Source: Candidatus Latescibacterota bacterium
Lineage (GTDB): Bacteria; Latescibacterota; UBA2968; GCA-2709665
DNA length: 64,000 nucleotides
Reading direction: 5' to 3'
Assembly: GCA_963667175.2 (NCBI GenBank)
Contig: CAXXXF010000003.1
Location: 160,001 to 224,000 of the forward strand
Part shown: positions 41,318 to 51,324 of the stretch, one piece after another
Numbering within the stretch: position 1 is the first letter of the stretch
Layout: each line of letters opens with the position of its first letter
The notes under the pieces: model-generated
Told to the model about the DNA's origin: nothing
What the model saw: only the letters and a program-made list of their open reading frames with translations
The model's database searches: none
Made by a program: the position numbers and the translations under genes

Positions 41318-41651
41318 GATGATCGCCTTCAAATCCAGAAAGCTCGAAAAGACCCTAAACTCCGGTCGCGCCCTTGTGAGGACGTTCGGAAACAGGAAAG
41401 CTCGAGCAATAAAGATGCGGCTCGCCGTGCTGGCGAACGCTTCGACACTGGCCGCCGTTCCCCATACGCCACCGGATCGACGACATCAGCTAACGGATGA
41501 TCGTGAAGGGCAATTCGCGGTAGATCTCGACCATCACAATCGGCTTATCTTCGTACCCAATCACGACCCTGTCCCCCTTTTGGAAGACAGTGGAATCGAC
41601 CTTCACCGTGTCACGGCAATCATGATTCTGGAAGTCACCGACTATCACTAA
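41316..41651 (+). CDS. higB: HigB/RelE-family toxin
   Basis: I.FKSRKLEK, RRHQL..DREGQFAVDL...RLIF.P, ILEVTDYH. Confidence 0.88.
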   Translation: MMIAFKSRKLEKTLNSGRALVRTFGNRKARAIKMRLAVLANASTLAAVPHTPPDRRHQLTDDREGQFAVDLDHHNRLIFVPNHDPVPLLEDSGIDLHRVTAIMILEVTDYH

Positions 41652-41661
41652 AGGAGAACGA

Positions 41662-42747
41662 GTGATGGCGACGAACCAGTACCGCCCCGACTACGCGGTC
41701 CCTCCTGGATGGGTCTTGGAAGAGCGCCTCGCCGTCCAGGGCATTTCGCACGCGGAGTTAGCGCGACGATGTGACCGCTCGGCCAAGCTTATCAGCGAGA
41801 TTATCTCCGGGAAGGCTCCCGTCGAACCGAAGACGGCCCTTCAATTTGAAAGGGTACTGGGTGTCGAGGCCGACATCTGGTTGGGCATTGAGAAGGGCTA
41901 TCAGTTGCACCAGATTAGAGAATCTGAGGCCAGGCAAGCGGAAGCGTTAGCAGCATGGGCGAATTCTTTCCCACTCATCGAACTGGCCAAACGAGGGGCG
42001 ATCCGAACGCGTTCGGCAAGCAGAGAAGCGTTTTCCGAACTGATGGTATTCTTTCGTGTCGCGTCAATAGAGGCGTGGCACGTCAAATACGGGACCGCTA
42101 ACATCGCTTATCGACACTCGCCAAGTTTCAAGAGCGACGAGCCTTCCCTGGCGTCCTGGCTTCGACTCGCGGAGACCGACGCCGAAGAACAGAAGTGCAA
42201 TGCGTACGACAGATCGGCCTTCAAGGCTACACTTCGTCGGATCCGAGAGTTGACTCGCGAGCCGTTCGACGAAGCGCTCAAAGAGACGCATAGGCTATTT
42301 AACAACGCGGGCGTTGCGCTTTCGCTGGTGGAACCCTTACCGAATGCCCGGCTGAGCGGCGCCGCCTGGTGGCTCACGCCCCGAAAACCCGTCATCGCGT
42401 TGAGCGCGCGCCACTTAACGGACGACCACCTCTGGTTCAGTCTCTTCCACGAGGCCGCGCACATCCTGTTGCACAGCAAAAGGGACGTATTTGTTGACGA
42501 AGCCAAGTCAGGCGATGCCGACTTCGAAACCGAGGCGAACGAATGGGCTTCACACTTCCTGGTTCCCCGGTCAGATTGGCGGCGATTCGTTGACGAACGT
42601 GCATTTAAGGCTTCGGACATTCACCAGTTCGCCGATGAACAGGGCATCGCTCCTGGAATCGTCGTCGGCCGACTCCAGCACGAGGGGCATATCGAGTGGA
42701 ACCGGCTGAACAACCTGAAAGTGCGTCTGGAATGGGTTGAGAATTGA
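41662..42747 (+). CDS. higA: HigA-family HTH antitoxin fused to an ImmA/IrrE Zn-peptidase
   Basis: VPPGWVL, ELARR...ISEIISGK HTH, WFSLFHEAAH, E.EAN.WA. Confidence 0.9.
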   Translation: MMATNQYRPDYAVPPGWVLEERLAVQGISHAELARRCDRSAKLISEIISGKAPVEPKTALQFERVLGVEADIWLGIEKGYQLHQIRESEARQAEALAAWANSFPLIELAKRGAIRTRSASREAFSELMVFFRVASIEAWHVKYGTANIAYRHSPSFKSDEPSLASWLRLAETDAEEQKCNAYDRSAFKATLRRIRELTREPFDEALKETHRLFNNAGVALSLVEPLPNARLSGAAWWLTPRKPVIALSARHLTDDHLWFSLFHEAAHILLHSKRDVFVDEAKSGDADFETEANEWASHFLVPRSDWRRFVDERAFKASDIHQFADEQGIAPGIVVGRLQHEGHIEWNRLNNLKVRLEWVEN

Positions 42748-42947
42748 TGGTCGATTAAAACGTCACGTGGCATCGGGCGGGGGATTTGATCTCCTGCTTA
42801 GCAGAAATCGTAAAATGCCAGCCTCCGAAGGTTCATTCGAGATGCTTGGCGATACTAATAGTGACAGAATCGTCTACCCTGCCGCATATTTTGGCAAACC
42901 TCCGAGACGACTGAATCTTGAAATCGAACATTGAGGAGGTATCCGGT

Positions 42948-45113
42948 ATGAGTGTATCCATCGTTCGTGGTACGAACAACAAGCCTGTGTCCAGCGGAAC
43001 CTTGGTTGGCTTTTTTTCCGATTGTGTCGACCTTGAAGGTGAACTTTTCATTGGATATCCAATTATCAGCACTCCGGAAGGAAGGCATCCGATCGACGCG
43101 CTTTGGATATCTTGTGGACGGGGAATTGTGCTGTTCGATCTGATTGAAGGCTCTGATCTGACCGATTTTCGGGACCGACAGGACGATTTGGCAAACAAGC
43201 TCGAATCCAGGCTTAAGACCCATCGCGAACTTATGCGACGGAGGGATCTCATCGTGCCTATTCACACGATTTCCTTCGCGCCGGGAGTGCCCCAACTCGA
43301 TGAATATGTTGACGACGAGTATCTGCTTGCAAATAACGAGACGCTTTATGGGAGGATCGCCGGCATTGAAATGTGGGATGATAGTAGGGAGGAAGTTTAT
43401 AGAACTGCACTCTCGGCGATACAGAGCATTTCGACGATTCGTAAGAGAAGGACAATCCGACGGAGTATTCAAGAAGATACGAGAGGAGCCAAACTAAAGC
43501 GTTTAGAGGAATCAATTGCGACGCTTGATCGCCAACAGAGTAGAGCGGTGATAGAGACTGTGGATGGCGTACAGCGTATTCGAGGATTGGCTGGGTCTGG
43601 AAAGACGATTGTACTGGCATTGAAGGCTGCGTATTTGCACGCACAACATCCTGACTGGCGCATAGCAGTAACCTTCCACACGCGGTCTCTCAAAGGACAG
43701 TTTCGTCATCTGATTAACAACTTCTTTCTCCAACAGACAGGCGAAGAACCTGACTGGGATAATTTGCGAGTCCTCAATGCTTGGGGGGCTTCTGGGGGTG
43801 TTGATCGGGACGGAATCTACAGTGAGTTTTGTAGGACCCACGATGTCGCATGCTACGATCTCAGGGCGGCGAGAAACGCGTTTGGTCGTGAAGCCGAATT
43901 TTCTGGAGCGTGTAAACATGCACTTGCTCAAGCCCGGGGAATAAAGGCCGCATACAACGCTATCTTAGTTGATGAGGCTCAGGATTTTCCGCCAGAGTTC
44001 TTGAGACTTTGTTATCAATTTCTAGATAAGGACAAGCGATTGGTATACGCATACGATGAGTTGCAGAGCCTAGCGGGAGAGTCGCTACCGTCGCCGGAGC
44101 ACATATTTGGATATAATGCTAACGGTTCTCCAAAAGTCCAACTCGAATATGAACCCAATGACGATCGGCGGCGCGATGTGATTCTCAATGTATGCTACCG
44201 CAACTCGCGGCCATTGCTGGTTACAGCTCATGCACTTGGGTTTGGAATCTACCGAGAGGCGGAGAACCTGGGTTCGACAGGTCTTGTCCAAATGTTCGAC
44301 GTCCCAAAGTTGTGGGAGGATATTGGATATCGAGCGAAGGACGGTGAACTCAACAGTGGTTCTCGTGTTACTCTTCACAGAACAAACGAAACCAGTCCAA
44401 AGTTTCTAGAAAACCATTCGCCATTACAGGATATAATCCGGTTTATTGAATTCGACGATGAACAGCAACAAAATAACTGGCTTGTAAATGAGATTAAGCG
44501 GAATCTCGAAGAGGACCAACTTCGGCACGACGACATTATCGTAATAAATCCTGATCCTGTTACTACTCGCGATAGTGTCGGTCCCATAAGGAGTCAACTG
44601 CTGGAGATGGGCATCGAATGCCACCTTGCTGGAGTCGACACCGATCCGGATATCTTTTTCCGGCTGGGTACGGGATCTGTGACTTTTACTGGTATTTTTC
44701 GGGCTAAGGGCAATGAAGCAGGGATGGTCTATATCATCAACGCTCAAGACTGCCAATCCGCGCACTGGAACCTGGCTAGCATTCGCAACCGGCTCTTTAC
44801 GGCGATCACAAGAAGCAAGGCATGGGTTCGTGTCCTTGGTGTAGGCGAAAAGATGGTAAAGTTAAAGAGAGAATACGAACAGCTAGTGTCACATGATTTC
44901 GAGTTGAAATTCAATTATCCGTCCGACGAACAACGTCAGCAACTTCGCGTCATCCATCGTGATATGACCGAGCAGGAACGAAAAAAACTGAGGAACAAAG
45001 ACAAGGCGTTGGTTGATCTAGTGAAAGATCTCGAGGCTGGAAATATCCATACGGAAGATCTTAACGAACAAGCGATAATGAAACTCCGTGAATTGCTCTC
45101 GAAAAACGAGTGA
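42948..45113 (+). CDS. SF1/UvrD-like helicase of a helicase+DUF2290 defence system
   Basis: RGLAGSGKT, VDEAQD, CYRN, FRAKGNEA, TAITRSK. Adjacent to DUF2290. Confidence 0.88.
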   Translation: MSVSIVRGTNNKPVSSGTLVGFFSDCVDLEGELFIGYPIISTPEGRHPIDALWISCGRGIVLFDLIEGSDLTDFRDRQDDLANKLESRLKTHRELMRRRDLIVPIHTISFAPGVPQLDEYVDDEYLLANNETLYGRIAGIEMWDDSREEVYRTALSAIQSISTIRKRRTIRRSIQEDTRGAKLKRLEESIATLDRQQSRAVIETVDGVQRIRGLAGSGKTIVLALKAAYLHAQHPDWRIAVTFHTRSLKGQFRHLINNFFLQQTGEEPDWDNLRVLNAWGASGGVDRDGIYSEFCRTHDVACYDLRAARNAFGREAEFSGACKHALAQARGIKAAYNAILVDEAQDFPPEFLRLCYQFLDKDKRLVYAYDELQSLAGESLPSPEHIFGYNANGSPKVQLEYEPNDDRRRDVILNVCYRNSRPLLVTAHALGFGIYREAENLGSTGLVQMFDVPKLWEDIGYRAKDGELNSGSRVTLHRTNETSPKFLENHSPLQDIIRFIEFDDEQQQNNWLVNEIKRNLEEDQLRHDDIIVINPDPVTTRDSVGPIRSQLLEMGIECHLAGVDTDPDIFFRLGTGSVTFTGIFRAKGNEAGMVYIINAQDCQSAHWNLASIRNRLFTAITRSKAWVRVLGVGEKMVKLKREYEQLVSHDFELKFNYPSDEQRQQLRVIHRDMTEQERKKLRNKDKALVDLVKDLEAGNIHTEDLNEQAIMKLRELLSKNE

Positions 45114-45119
45114 ACCTGA

Positions 45120-46084
45120 ATGCCATCACATAATGAGACAAGACGACAAATCAACGACCTTATCGGCCATTTGGTGCGAATTGGACTCGCCGACGATCAA
45201 CGTTTCGCGTTCCAAAGGGAAGTCGATGCCAGTCAGCATCACATAACCTTTGCAGGGTCTGAGCACATACAGTTTGCATTGAAAAACCTCAACTACGAAC
45301 AGATTTATCAGCATCTCGTACGAGAACGTGCGTACAACGTGAAAATGCTTGATGGCGCCCTAATTCAAATGATGTACATGTTCGAAAACGGAACGATCAG
45401 ACGCCATCGACTCGCGTTTTTTTCTGCGCCGCACCTTGAGAAGTTTCAGAATGATCCGGATATCTACCTACAAGACGAACGATACGCTGACGTAGTCACT
45501 AGAAACATCGTCCCATTCCCAATCAGATTCGATTACAATAATGATGATGCCCAACCAAGGCCAGATCATCCCAGGTCGCACCTTACTTTAGGTCAATACG
45601 AAAATTGTAGAATTCCCGTGACTGCACCTATGGCGCCATTTTGGTTTGTTGATTTCATTCTTCGGCACTGCTGTCCAAGAACCGTCGGATTCCCAGAGAT
45701 AAGGTTCGAAAAATGGCTACAATAGGCGATTTTGGACGGGTTTGACCCGGATAATGAAAACCAGGTTTGCCATCTTCTGCGCAATGCTGTCCAAGAACAA
45801 GGTGACGTTTCCAGCGGCCATAATTGTGCTGTTTCCGTCTCAATAAGCCCGTGAAATAAGCACTTTGTGAATCTCAGGCGATCTTGGTCGAGGGATTGCT
45901 TCGCGGAAGTGAACCAGATGCTGTCCAAGACTGAAACCGATTTTGGACAGGTGTGATTCTTCGGAATTTCTATCACACGGCATTCCACAGATTTGTCCGC
46001 CATCTTCCGAATCACAGCGACAATTTCGAGCGATCGATTCTTCCGGAAGAAGAAGCTGTTGTTCACATATCCGTTCCGCAGTGA
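45120..46084 (+). pseudogene. DUF2290 protein interrupted by a MITE
   Basis: MLDGALIQMMY, RFDY, HPRSHLTLGQYENCRIPV. The frame resumes after the insertion as ILRNFYHTAF...VHISVPQ*. Confidence 0.88.
45666..45955. mobile_element. 290-bp MITE with 9-bp target duplication
   Basis: TSD ATTCTTCGG at 45657..45665 and 45956..45964. TIRs CACTGCTGTCCAAGA / TTTTGGACAGGTGTG. Confidence 0.92.
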
Positions 46085-46264
46085 GGATTTACTCCGAGAA
46101 TCCACAAAACAGCGCTTGTTTAATGTGAATCGAGCATAGGTATCCAAGGGCGCTGCATCTCTTCTGTGCGCTGCATGGGGCCTTCGCTGGGCTGGCGAGC
46201 GACTTGTTGGTAACCGCGTCACAAGGAGTGTGCGAATCTAAGGCTGGTGACGGAGATTAAAATT

Positions 46265-47803
46265 ATGGCCGACCCAACAGTAAAAGACTCGCTTGAACTC
46301 GAAGTGAACGATTTTGGACCGATCGTTGATGCCAAGATTGACCTGCGTCCCTTGACTGTTTTTGTCGGACCGAGCAATACCGGGAAATCTTATCTGGCAA
46401 CGTTGATCTATGCGCTGCATCGGTATTATTGTGACTCCTCGTCGATCAACCGTCGGCTCCATATTGGGGATGATGCGATAACTCCGCATTTCTGGCATAG
46501 TGAGTTAAGCGGAAAAGATGTGCAAAGTGTAGCCGAATGGGCCGAGCAGATCCTAAGCAAAAGCACCGATCCATCTACTAAAGGACGGGTGCACTTGTCG
46601 CGTTCGGTTATGGATATTATTCGCACTGTATTCGATGCACAAGGTGAACAGGTCGACTTCGAGATGGGCAGGTGTTTCGGTACTGATAAGCCCAATGCTC
46701 TGATACGGAGAGGGAGCAGAAGTGGCGCGCGGATTGTCTTGAACAAGACATTTGCCAACGATTCGACCTCATTCTTGCAGGAATTCAGTCTTAGAGCGCG
46801 CAGGTCTCACTTGCGAACGTCAATGCCAGGAGAAGAGACGTTGCGTATTGACGCTCGGGCTGTTCGACATTGGATTGGGATTTTGTACCGTATGGTCGAT
46901 GGACTCTCGGAACTCGATCGAGACGGAGCGGAGCTGAAATTGCGTGCGTTACCATTGATGAACAAAATCCTTGAAGCCACACTGCCTAAAATACTTGGGC
47001 CTCTCTATCGTCCCGCCTTCTATCTTCCGGCGTCTCGGACAGGTGTGATGCACAGCCATCAGGTAGTCGTCGGCGCTTTGGTACAGAATGCAACTACCGC
47101 AGGACTACGTCCCACGGTCGAAACTCCAATGCTATCGGGGGTTCTTGCTGATTTTCTCCAGCAGTTGATTCAACTGAAGCCCCTTATGTATCGGCGACCA
47201 ACGTCACATAGCGCACTAAGTACGCATATTGAAGAAGCCATTCTTGGTGGATCAGTCCAGGTGGAAAGTGCTCAAGGAGTTAACTATCCACACTTTACCT
47301 ACCGCCCGAATGGGTGGAAGGAATCATTGCCACTAAAGAACGCCTCTTCGATGGTGTCGGAACTCGCGCCCGTCGTGCTGTATCTGCGTGATGTCGTCGA
47401 ATCCGGCGAGACGCTAATCATTGAAGAACCAGAATCTCACTTGCACCCCGCAATGCAGGTCGAATTCACTCGTCAAATCGTGGCACTCGTTGAGGCGGGC
47501 GTACGAGTGATCATCACGACGCATAGCGAGTGGGTTCTGGAGGAACTCGGGAACGTCGTCAGACGCTCCGAACTTTCAGAGTCCCGTCGAAAGGAGATGC
47601 CACACGGCAAATATGCCCTTCGTCCCGATCAGGTGGGGGCATGGCTGTTCAAGCCGAAGCGCCGACCAAAGGGATCCGTAGTCGAAGAAATTCGATTCGA
47701 TCCCGATGCAGGTGGGCTCGAGAGTGATTTCGGTGACGTTGCCGAGCAAGTTTATAATGATTGGTCGACGATCGGTAACCGTATCGCAGGAAACACCGAA
47801 TAA
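46265..47803 (+). CDS. ABC-type ATPase (AAA_15/AAA_21)
   Basis: GPSNTGKS, ASSMVSE signature, IIEEPESHLHP, ITTHS. Confidence 0.9.
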   Translation: MADPTVKDSLELEVNDFGPIVDAKIDLRPLTVFVGPSNTGKSYLATLIYALHRYYCDSSSINRRLHIGDDAITPHFWHSELSGKDVQSVAEWAEQILSKSTDPSTKGRVHLSRSVMDIIRTVFDAQGEQVDFEMGRCFGTDKPNALIRRGSRSGARIVLNKTFANDSTSFLQEFSLRARRSHLRTSMPGEETLRIDARAVRHWIGILYRMVDGLSELDRDGAELKLRALPLMNKILEATLPKILGPLYRPAFYLPASRTGVMHSHQVVVGALVQNATTAGLRPTVETPMLSGVLADFLQQLIQLKPLMYRRPTSHSALSTHIEEAILGGSVQVESAQGVNYPHFTYRPNGWKESLPLKNASSMVSELAPVVLYLRDVVESGETLIIEEPESHLHPAMQVEFTRQIVALVEAGVRVIITTHSEWVLEELGNVVRRSELSESRRKEMPHGKYALRPDQVGAWLFKPKRRPKGSVVEEIRFDPDAGGLESDFGDVAEQVYNDWSTIGNRIAGNTE

Positions 47804-48270
47804 TGTGTGGCGTGGTCGAACGGCTGAGAGACGAACTTCCTGAAGGAACTACCGTCAAAAGATGCTCGGCCAAGGGGTGTAACGTTCCGCTGAAAGACGC
47901 CCCATCGCCGCATCTCGTATTGGATCTGGATCATCCCTTTTTCCGGTTGAAGGACAAGATCCATTGCGATTTTCTGTATATCAGTTGCGGCGGCAATGGC
48001 GGGGACAACTGGGTTGTACCGCTGGAGTTGAAACGCGGCAGCCCCGACGCTACAGAATTGGTGTCGCAGCTACAGGCAGGGTCAAATTTCGCGCAAGCCT
48101 GGATACCGGAAGATCACAAGACCCAGTTCCGCCCCGTGGGCGCCTTTGGTGGCCGCTTGCATAAATCCCAATGGGACAGGCTCAGACGGGCTCGCATTTT
48201 GTATCGGAGAAAACGGTACGAAGTCAAACTCATACGATGTAGGACACCGTTAAGCGTTGCTATTGCGTAA
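47803..48270 (+). CDS. Putative PD-(D/E)xK nuclease partner of the ATPase
   Basis: CDFLY...VVPLELKRG...QLQ. TAATG coupling to the ATPase gene. Confidence 0.6.
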   Translation: MCGVVERLRDELPEGTTVKRCSAKGCNVPLKDAPSPHLVLDLDHPFFRLKDKIHCDFLYISCGGNGGDNWVVPLELKRGSPDATELVSQLQAGSNFAQAWIPEDHKTQFRPVGAFGGRLHKSQWDRLRRARILYRRKRYEVKLIRCRTPLSVAIA

Positions 48271-48281
48271 GAGAAAACCCA

Positions 48282-51194
48282 ATGACTGTTACAAGAAAAA
48301 AACTGATTGAAGTCGCTCTGCCGCTTGACGCGATCAACACCGCGTCAGCCCGCGAAAAGTCGATCCGCCACGGCCACCCCAGCACGCTGCACCTCTGGTG
48401 GGCGCGTCGTCCGTTGGCGGCGGCGCGCGCGGTAATCTTCGCGCAGATGGTGGACGATCCGTCTGCCTGCCCGGAGGAATTCCCCACTGAAATGGAGCAG
48501 GAGAAGGAGCGAGGGCGCCTGTTCGGGCTTATCGAGGAACTGGTAAAGTGGGAAAACACGACCAACGAGGAGGTACTGGAAAGAGCGCGGGAAGATATCC
48601 GCAGGAGTTGGCGCCGGACGTGCGCTGATAATGCGGACCATCCTCGCGCCGATGAGTTGTTCGACCCGGACAAGCTACCGGCCTTCCACGATCCCTTTGC
48701 GGGTGGTGGCTCGTTACCATTGGAAGCCCAGCGTTTGGGGCTCCAGGCTTACGCCAGCGACCTTAATCCGGTGGCTGTGCTAATCAACAAAGCAATGATT
48801 GAAATTCCGCCGAAGTTTGCTGGCAGGCCCCCAGTTAACCCAGAGTCGCGCCCGGGAGGATCATCAGGGAAAGAATCGTTGATCGAACGCGACTGGACCG
48901 GCGCCAAAGGGCTTGCGGAGGACGTACGTTACTATGGGCAATGGATGCGCGACGAAGCCGAGAAACGCATCGGGCATCTCTATCCCAAGGTCGAAGTTAC
49001 TTCGGAGATGGTTCGACACCGGCCCGATCTCAAGCAATACCAGGGGCGAAAACTCACCGTAATCGCTTGGCTCTGGGCGCGGACCGTGAAAAGCCCGAAT
49101 CCAGCATTTGCGGATGTCAAGGTACCGCTCGTATCGACGTTCAGGCTATCGACAAAGAAAGGAAAAGAGGCATACGTCGAGCCGGAGATAGAGGGGCGCA
49201 GCTATCGGTTTGCGGTTCGGGTTGGGAGTCCACCGGACCCTGAGGCGGCCAAGCGGGGCACGACAGCAGGTAAACGTCAGGCATTTCGTTGCCTGATGTC
49301 TGGTGTGCCGGTACCGTATGACCACATTCGAAACGAGGGTAAGGCCGGACGAATGGACGCGCAATTGATGGCTGTTGTAGCCGAGGGCGATAGGGGAAGA
49401 GTATATCTGTCGCCGACAAGAGAACATGAATCAATCGCGAGAAAAGCAAACCCCGAATGGAAGCCTGAGTTGGCTCTTCCCAATAACCCGCGGGACTTCA
49501 AAACCCCGAATTACGGTCTTCCCACTTTCGCAGATCTCTTTACCGACCGCCAACTTGTGGCACTTACAACGTTCTCGGACTTGGTGCAGGAAGCAATCGA
49601 GCGTGTCAAATTGGATTCCGCAAACGCCCATTTAGGCCGTGACGAGCGGTCCCTCAACGACGGGGGTGGCGGTCGATTAGCGTATGCCGAGGCAATCGCA
49701 GTATATTTGGCATTGGCTGTTAATCGCATGGCGAATACCCTTTGCTCAATCGCTCGGTGGACGCCGGATCGTGGACAAACCGTTACTGCATTTGCGCGCC
49801 AAGCGATTCCGATGACATGGGACTTTCCAGATGTCAACCCATTTGCTGGTGCAGCCGGCGACTATGGGGTCTCTGTCGAAGGGGTAGTCAAGGGAATGAC
49901 CAGTGCTACGAATCCTAGTGGTGTTGCAAGCCAACAGGATGCATCTATCCAGTCGATTAGTGTTGGGAAAATTGTATCGACGGACCCGCCTTACTACGAC
50001 AACATTGGCTACGCCGACCTTTCCGACTTCTTCTACGTCTGGATGCGTCGTTCTTTGCGCTCAGTAATCACCGATATCTTTTACACGGTCGCCGTGCCGA
50101 AAGCGGAAGAGCTCGTCGCTACACCCTATCGTCACGGTACTAAGAAACAAGCTGAGAGCTTCTTTATCGCCGGAATGTCAAAGGCCATGACTCGCGTGGC
50201 TAAACAAGCACATCCAGGTTTCCCTGCTTCAATATTCTATGCGTTCAAGCAATCGGAGACCAAGGATAAGACGGGAACGCGTAGCACCGGCTGGGAGACT
50301 TTTTTGGATGCAGTTGTCCGTGCAGGATTCGCAGTCACGGGCACTTGGCCGCTACGTACCGAGTTGTCGCACCGAATGGTCGGAATGGGCACAAACGCTT
50401 TGGCATCCAGCATTGTGCTAACGTGCAGAAAGCGCGCGAAAAATGCACCACTGGCGACCCGGCGTCAATTCGTAGCAGCGTTGTACGACGAACTACCAGT
50501 TGCTATCACCCGGCTGCAGATTGGCAATATCGCGCCGGTAGATCTTGCTCAGGCAGCAATTGGACCTGGGATGGCCGTGTTCACCCGCTATGCTAAAGTG
50601 CTTGATGCGCAGGGCAATCGCGTATCGGTAGGGGAGGCCCTGGCGCTGATCAATCAGACTCTGGCTGAAGTACAGGCCGAACAGGAGGGTGAATTCGACG
50701 GTGACACCCGCTGGGCCCTGGCGTGGTTCGAGCAGGAGAGTTTCGGCGAGGGCGAATACGGCGTGGCAGAGACGCTATCCAAAGCAAAGAACACCAGCAT
50801 CGACGGCATCGTGGAAGGCGGTATTCTCGCCTCCAAGGGCGGAAAAGTGCGACTACTTCGACCGAATGAAATGGCCAGCGAATGGGATCCGACAGCGGAC
50901 ACTCGGCTGACAGTCTGGGAGGCAGTACACTACCTTGTCCGTGCTCTCGAAACCGGAGGCGAATTCGCCGCCGCCGGGCTGATTCACCAACTCGGCGGCC
51001 TCGCGGAAACCGCGCGCGAACTGGCCTACAGGCTCTATACTATCTGCGAGCGTAAGAACCGCGCCGAAGAAGCCCGTTCCTACAACGGCCTCGTTCAAAG
51101 CTGGCCAGAAATCTCGAAATTGGCGCGGGAACGGGCAACGGCGGAGCAGGGCGAGTTGTTTGGGGACGGAAATCAGGGACGTGTCACCCGATGA
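48282..51194 (+). CDS. DUF1156 adenine-specific DNA methyltransferase (COG1743-like)
   Basis: KKLIEVALPL, LHLWWARRPL, DPFAGGGS, TDPPYYDNI.YADLSDFF, NALASSI. Confidence 0.93.
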   Translation: MTVTRKKLIEVALPLDAINTASAREKSIRHGHPSTLHLWWARRPLAAARAVIFAQMVDDPSACPEEFPTEMEQEKERGRLFGLIEELVKWENTTNEEVLERAREDIRRSWRRTCADNADHPRADELFDPDKLPAFHDPFAGGGSLPLEAQRLGLQAYASDLNPVAVLINKAMIEIPPKFAGRPPVNPESRPGGSSGKESLIERDWTGAKGLAEDVRYYGQWMRDEAEKRIGHLYPKVEVTSEMVRHRPDLKQYQGRKLTVIAWLWARTVKSPNPAFADVKVPLVSTFRLSTKKGKEAYVEPEIEGRSYRFAVRVGSPPDPEAAKRGTTAGKRQAFRCLMSGVPVPYDHIRNEGKAGRMDAQLMAVVAEGDRGRVYLSPTREHESIARKANPEWKPELALPNNPRDFKTPNYGLPTFADLFTDRQLVALTTFSDLVQEAIERVKLDSANAHLGRDERSLNDGGGGRLAYAEAIAVYLALAVNRMANTLCSIARWTPDRGQTVTAFARQAIPMTWDFPDVNPFAGAAGDYGVSVEGVVKGMTSATNPSGVASQQDASIQSISVGKIVSTDPPYYDNIGYADLSDFFYVWMRRSLRSVITDIFYTVAVPKAEELVATPYRHGTKKQAESFFIAGMSKAMTRVAKQAHPGFPASIFYAFKQSETKDKTGTRSTGWETFLDAVVRAGFAVTGTWPLRTELSHRMVGMGTNALASSIVLTCRKRAKNAPLATRRQFVAALYDELPVAITRLQIGNIAPVDLAQAAIGPGMAVFTRYAKVLDAQGNRVSVGEALALINQTLAEVQAEQEGEFDGDTRWALAWFEQESFGEGEYGVAETLSKAKNTSIDGIVEGGILASKGGKVRLLRPNEMASEWDPTADTRLTVWEAVHYLVRALETGGEFAAAGLIHQLGGLAETARELAYRLYTICERKNRAEEARSYNGLVQSWPEISKLARERATAEQGELFGDGNQGRVTR

Positions 51195-51324
51195 ACGTCT
51201 GGGAGCGCGTTGCAGGTAACCATATCCCAATATTGGAAAATGTGAAATTGACTTCAATTGTTATACATTTTCGTATATGCCCTCCCGGGAAATCTAAGTC
51301 GTAGTTCGATGTCTGGAGAACTGA

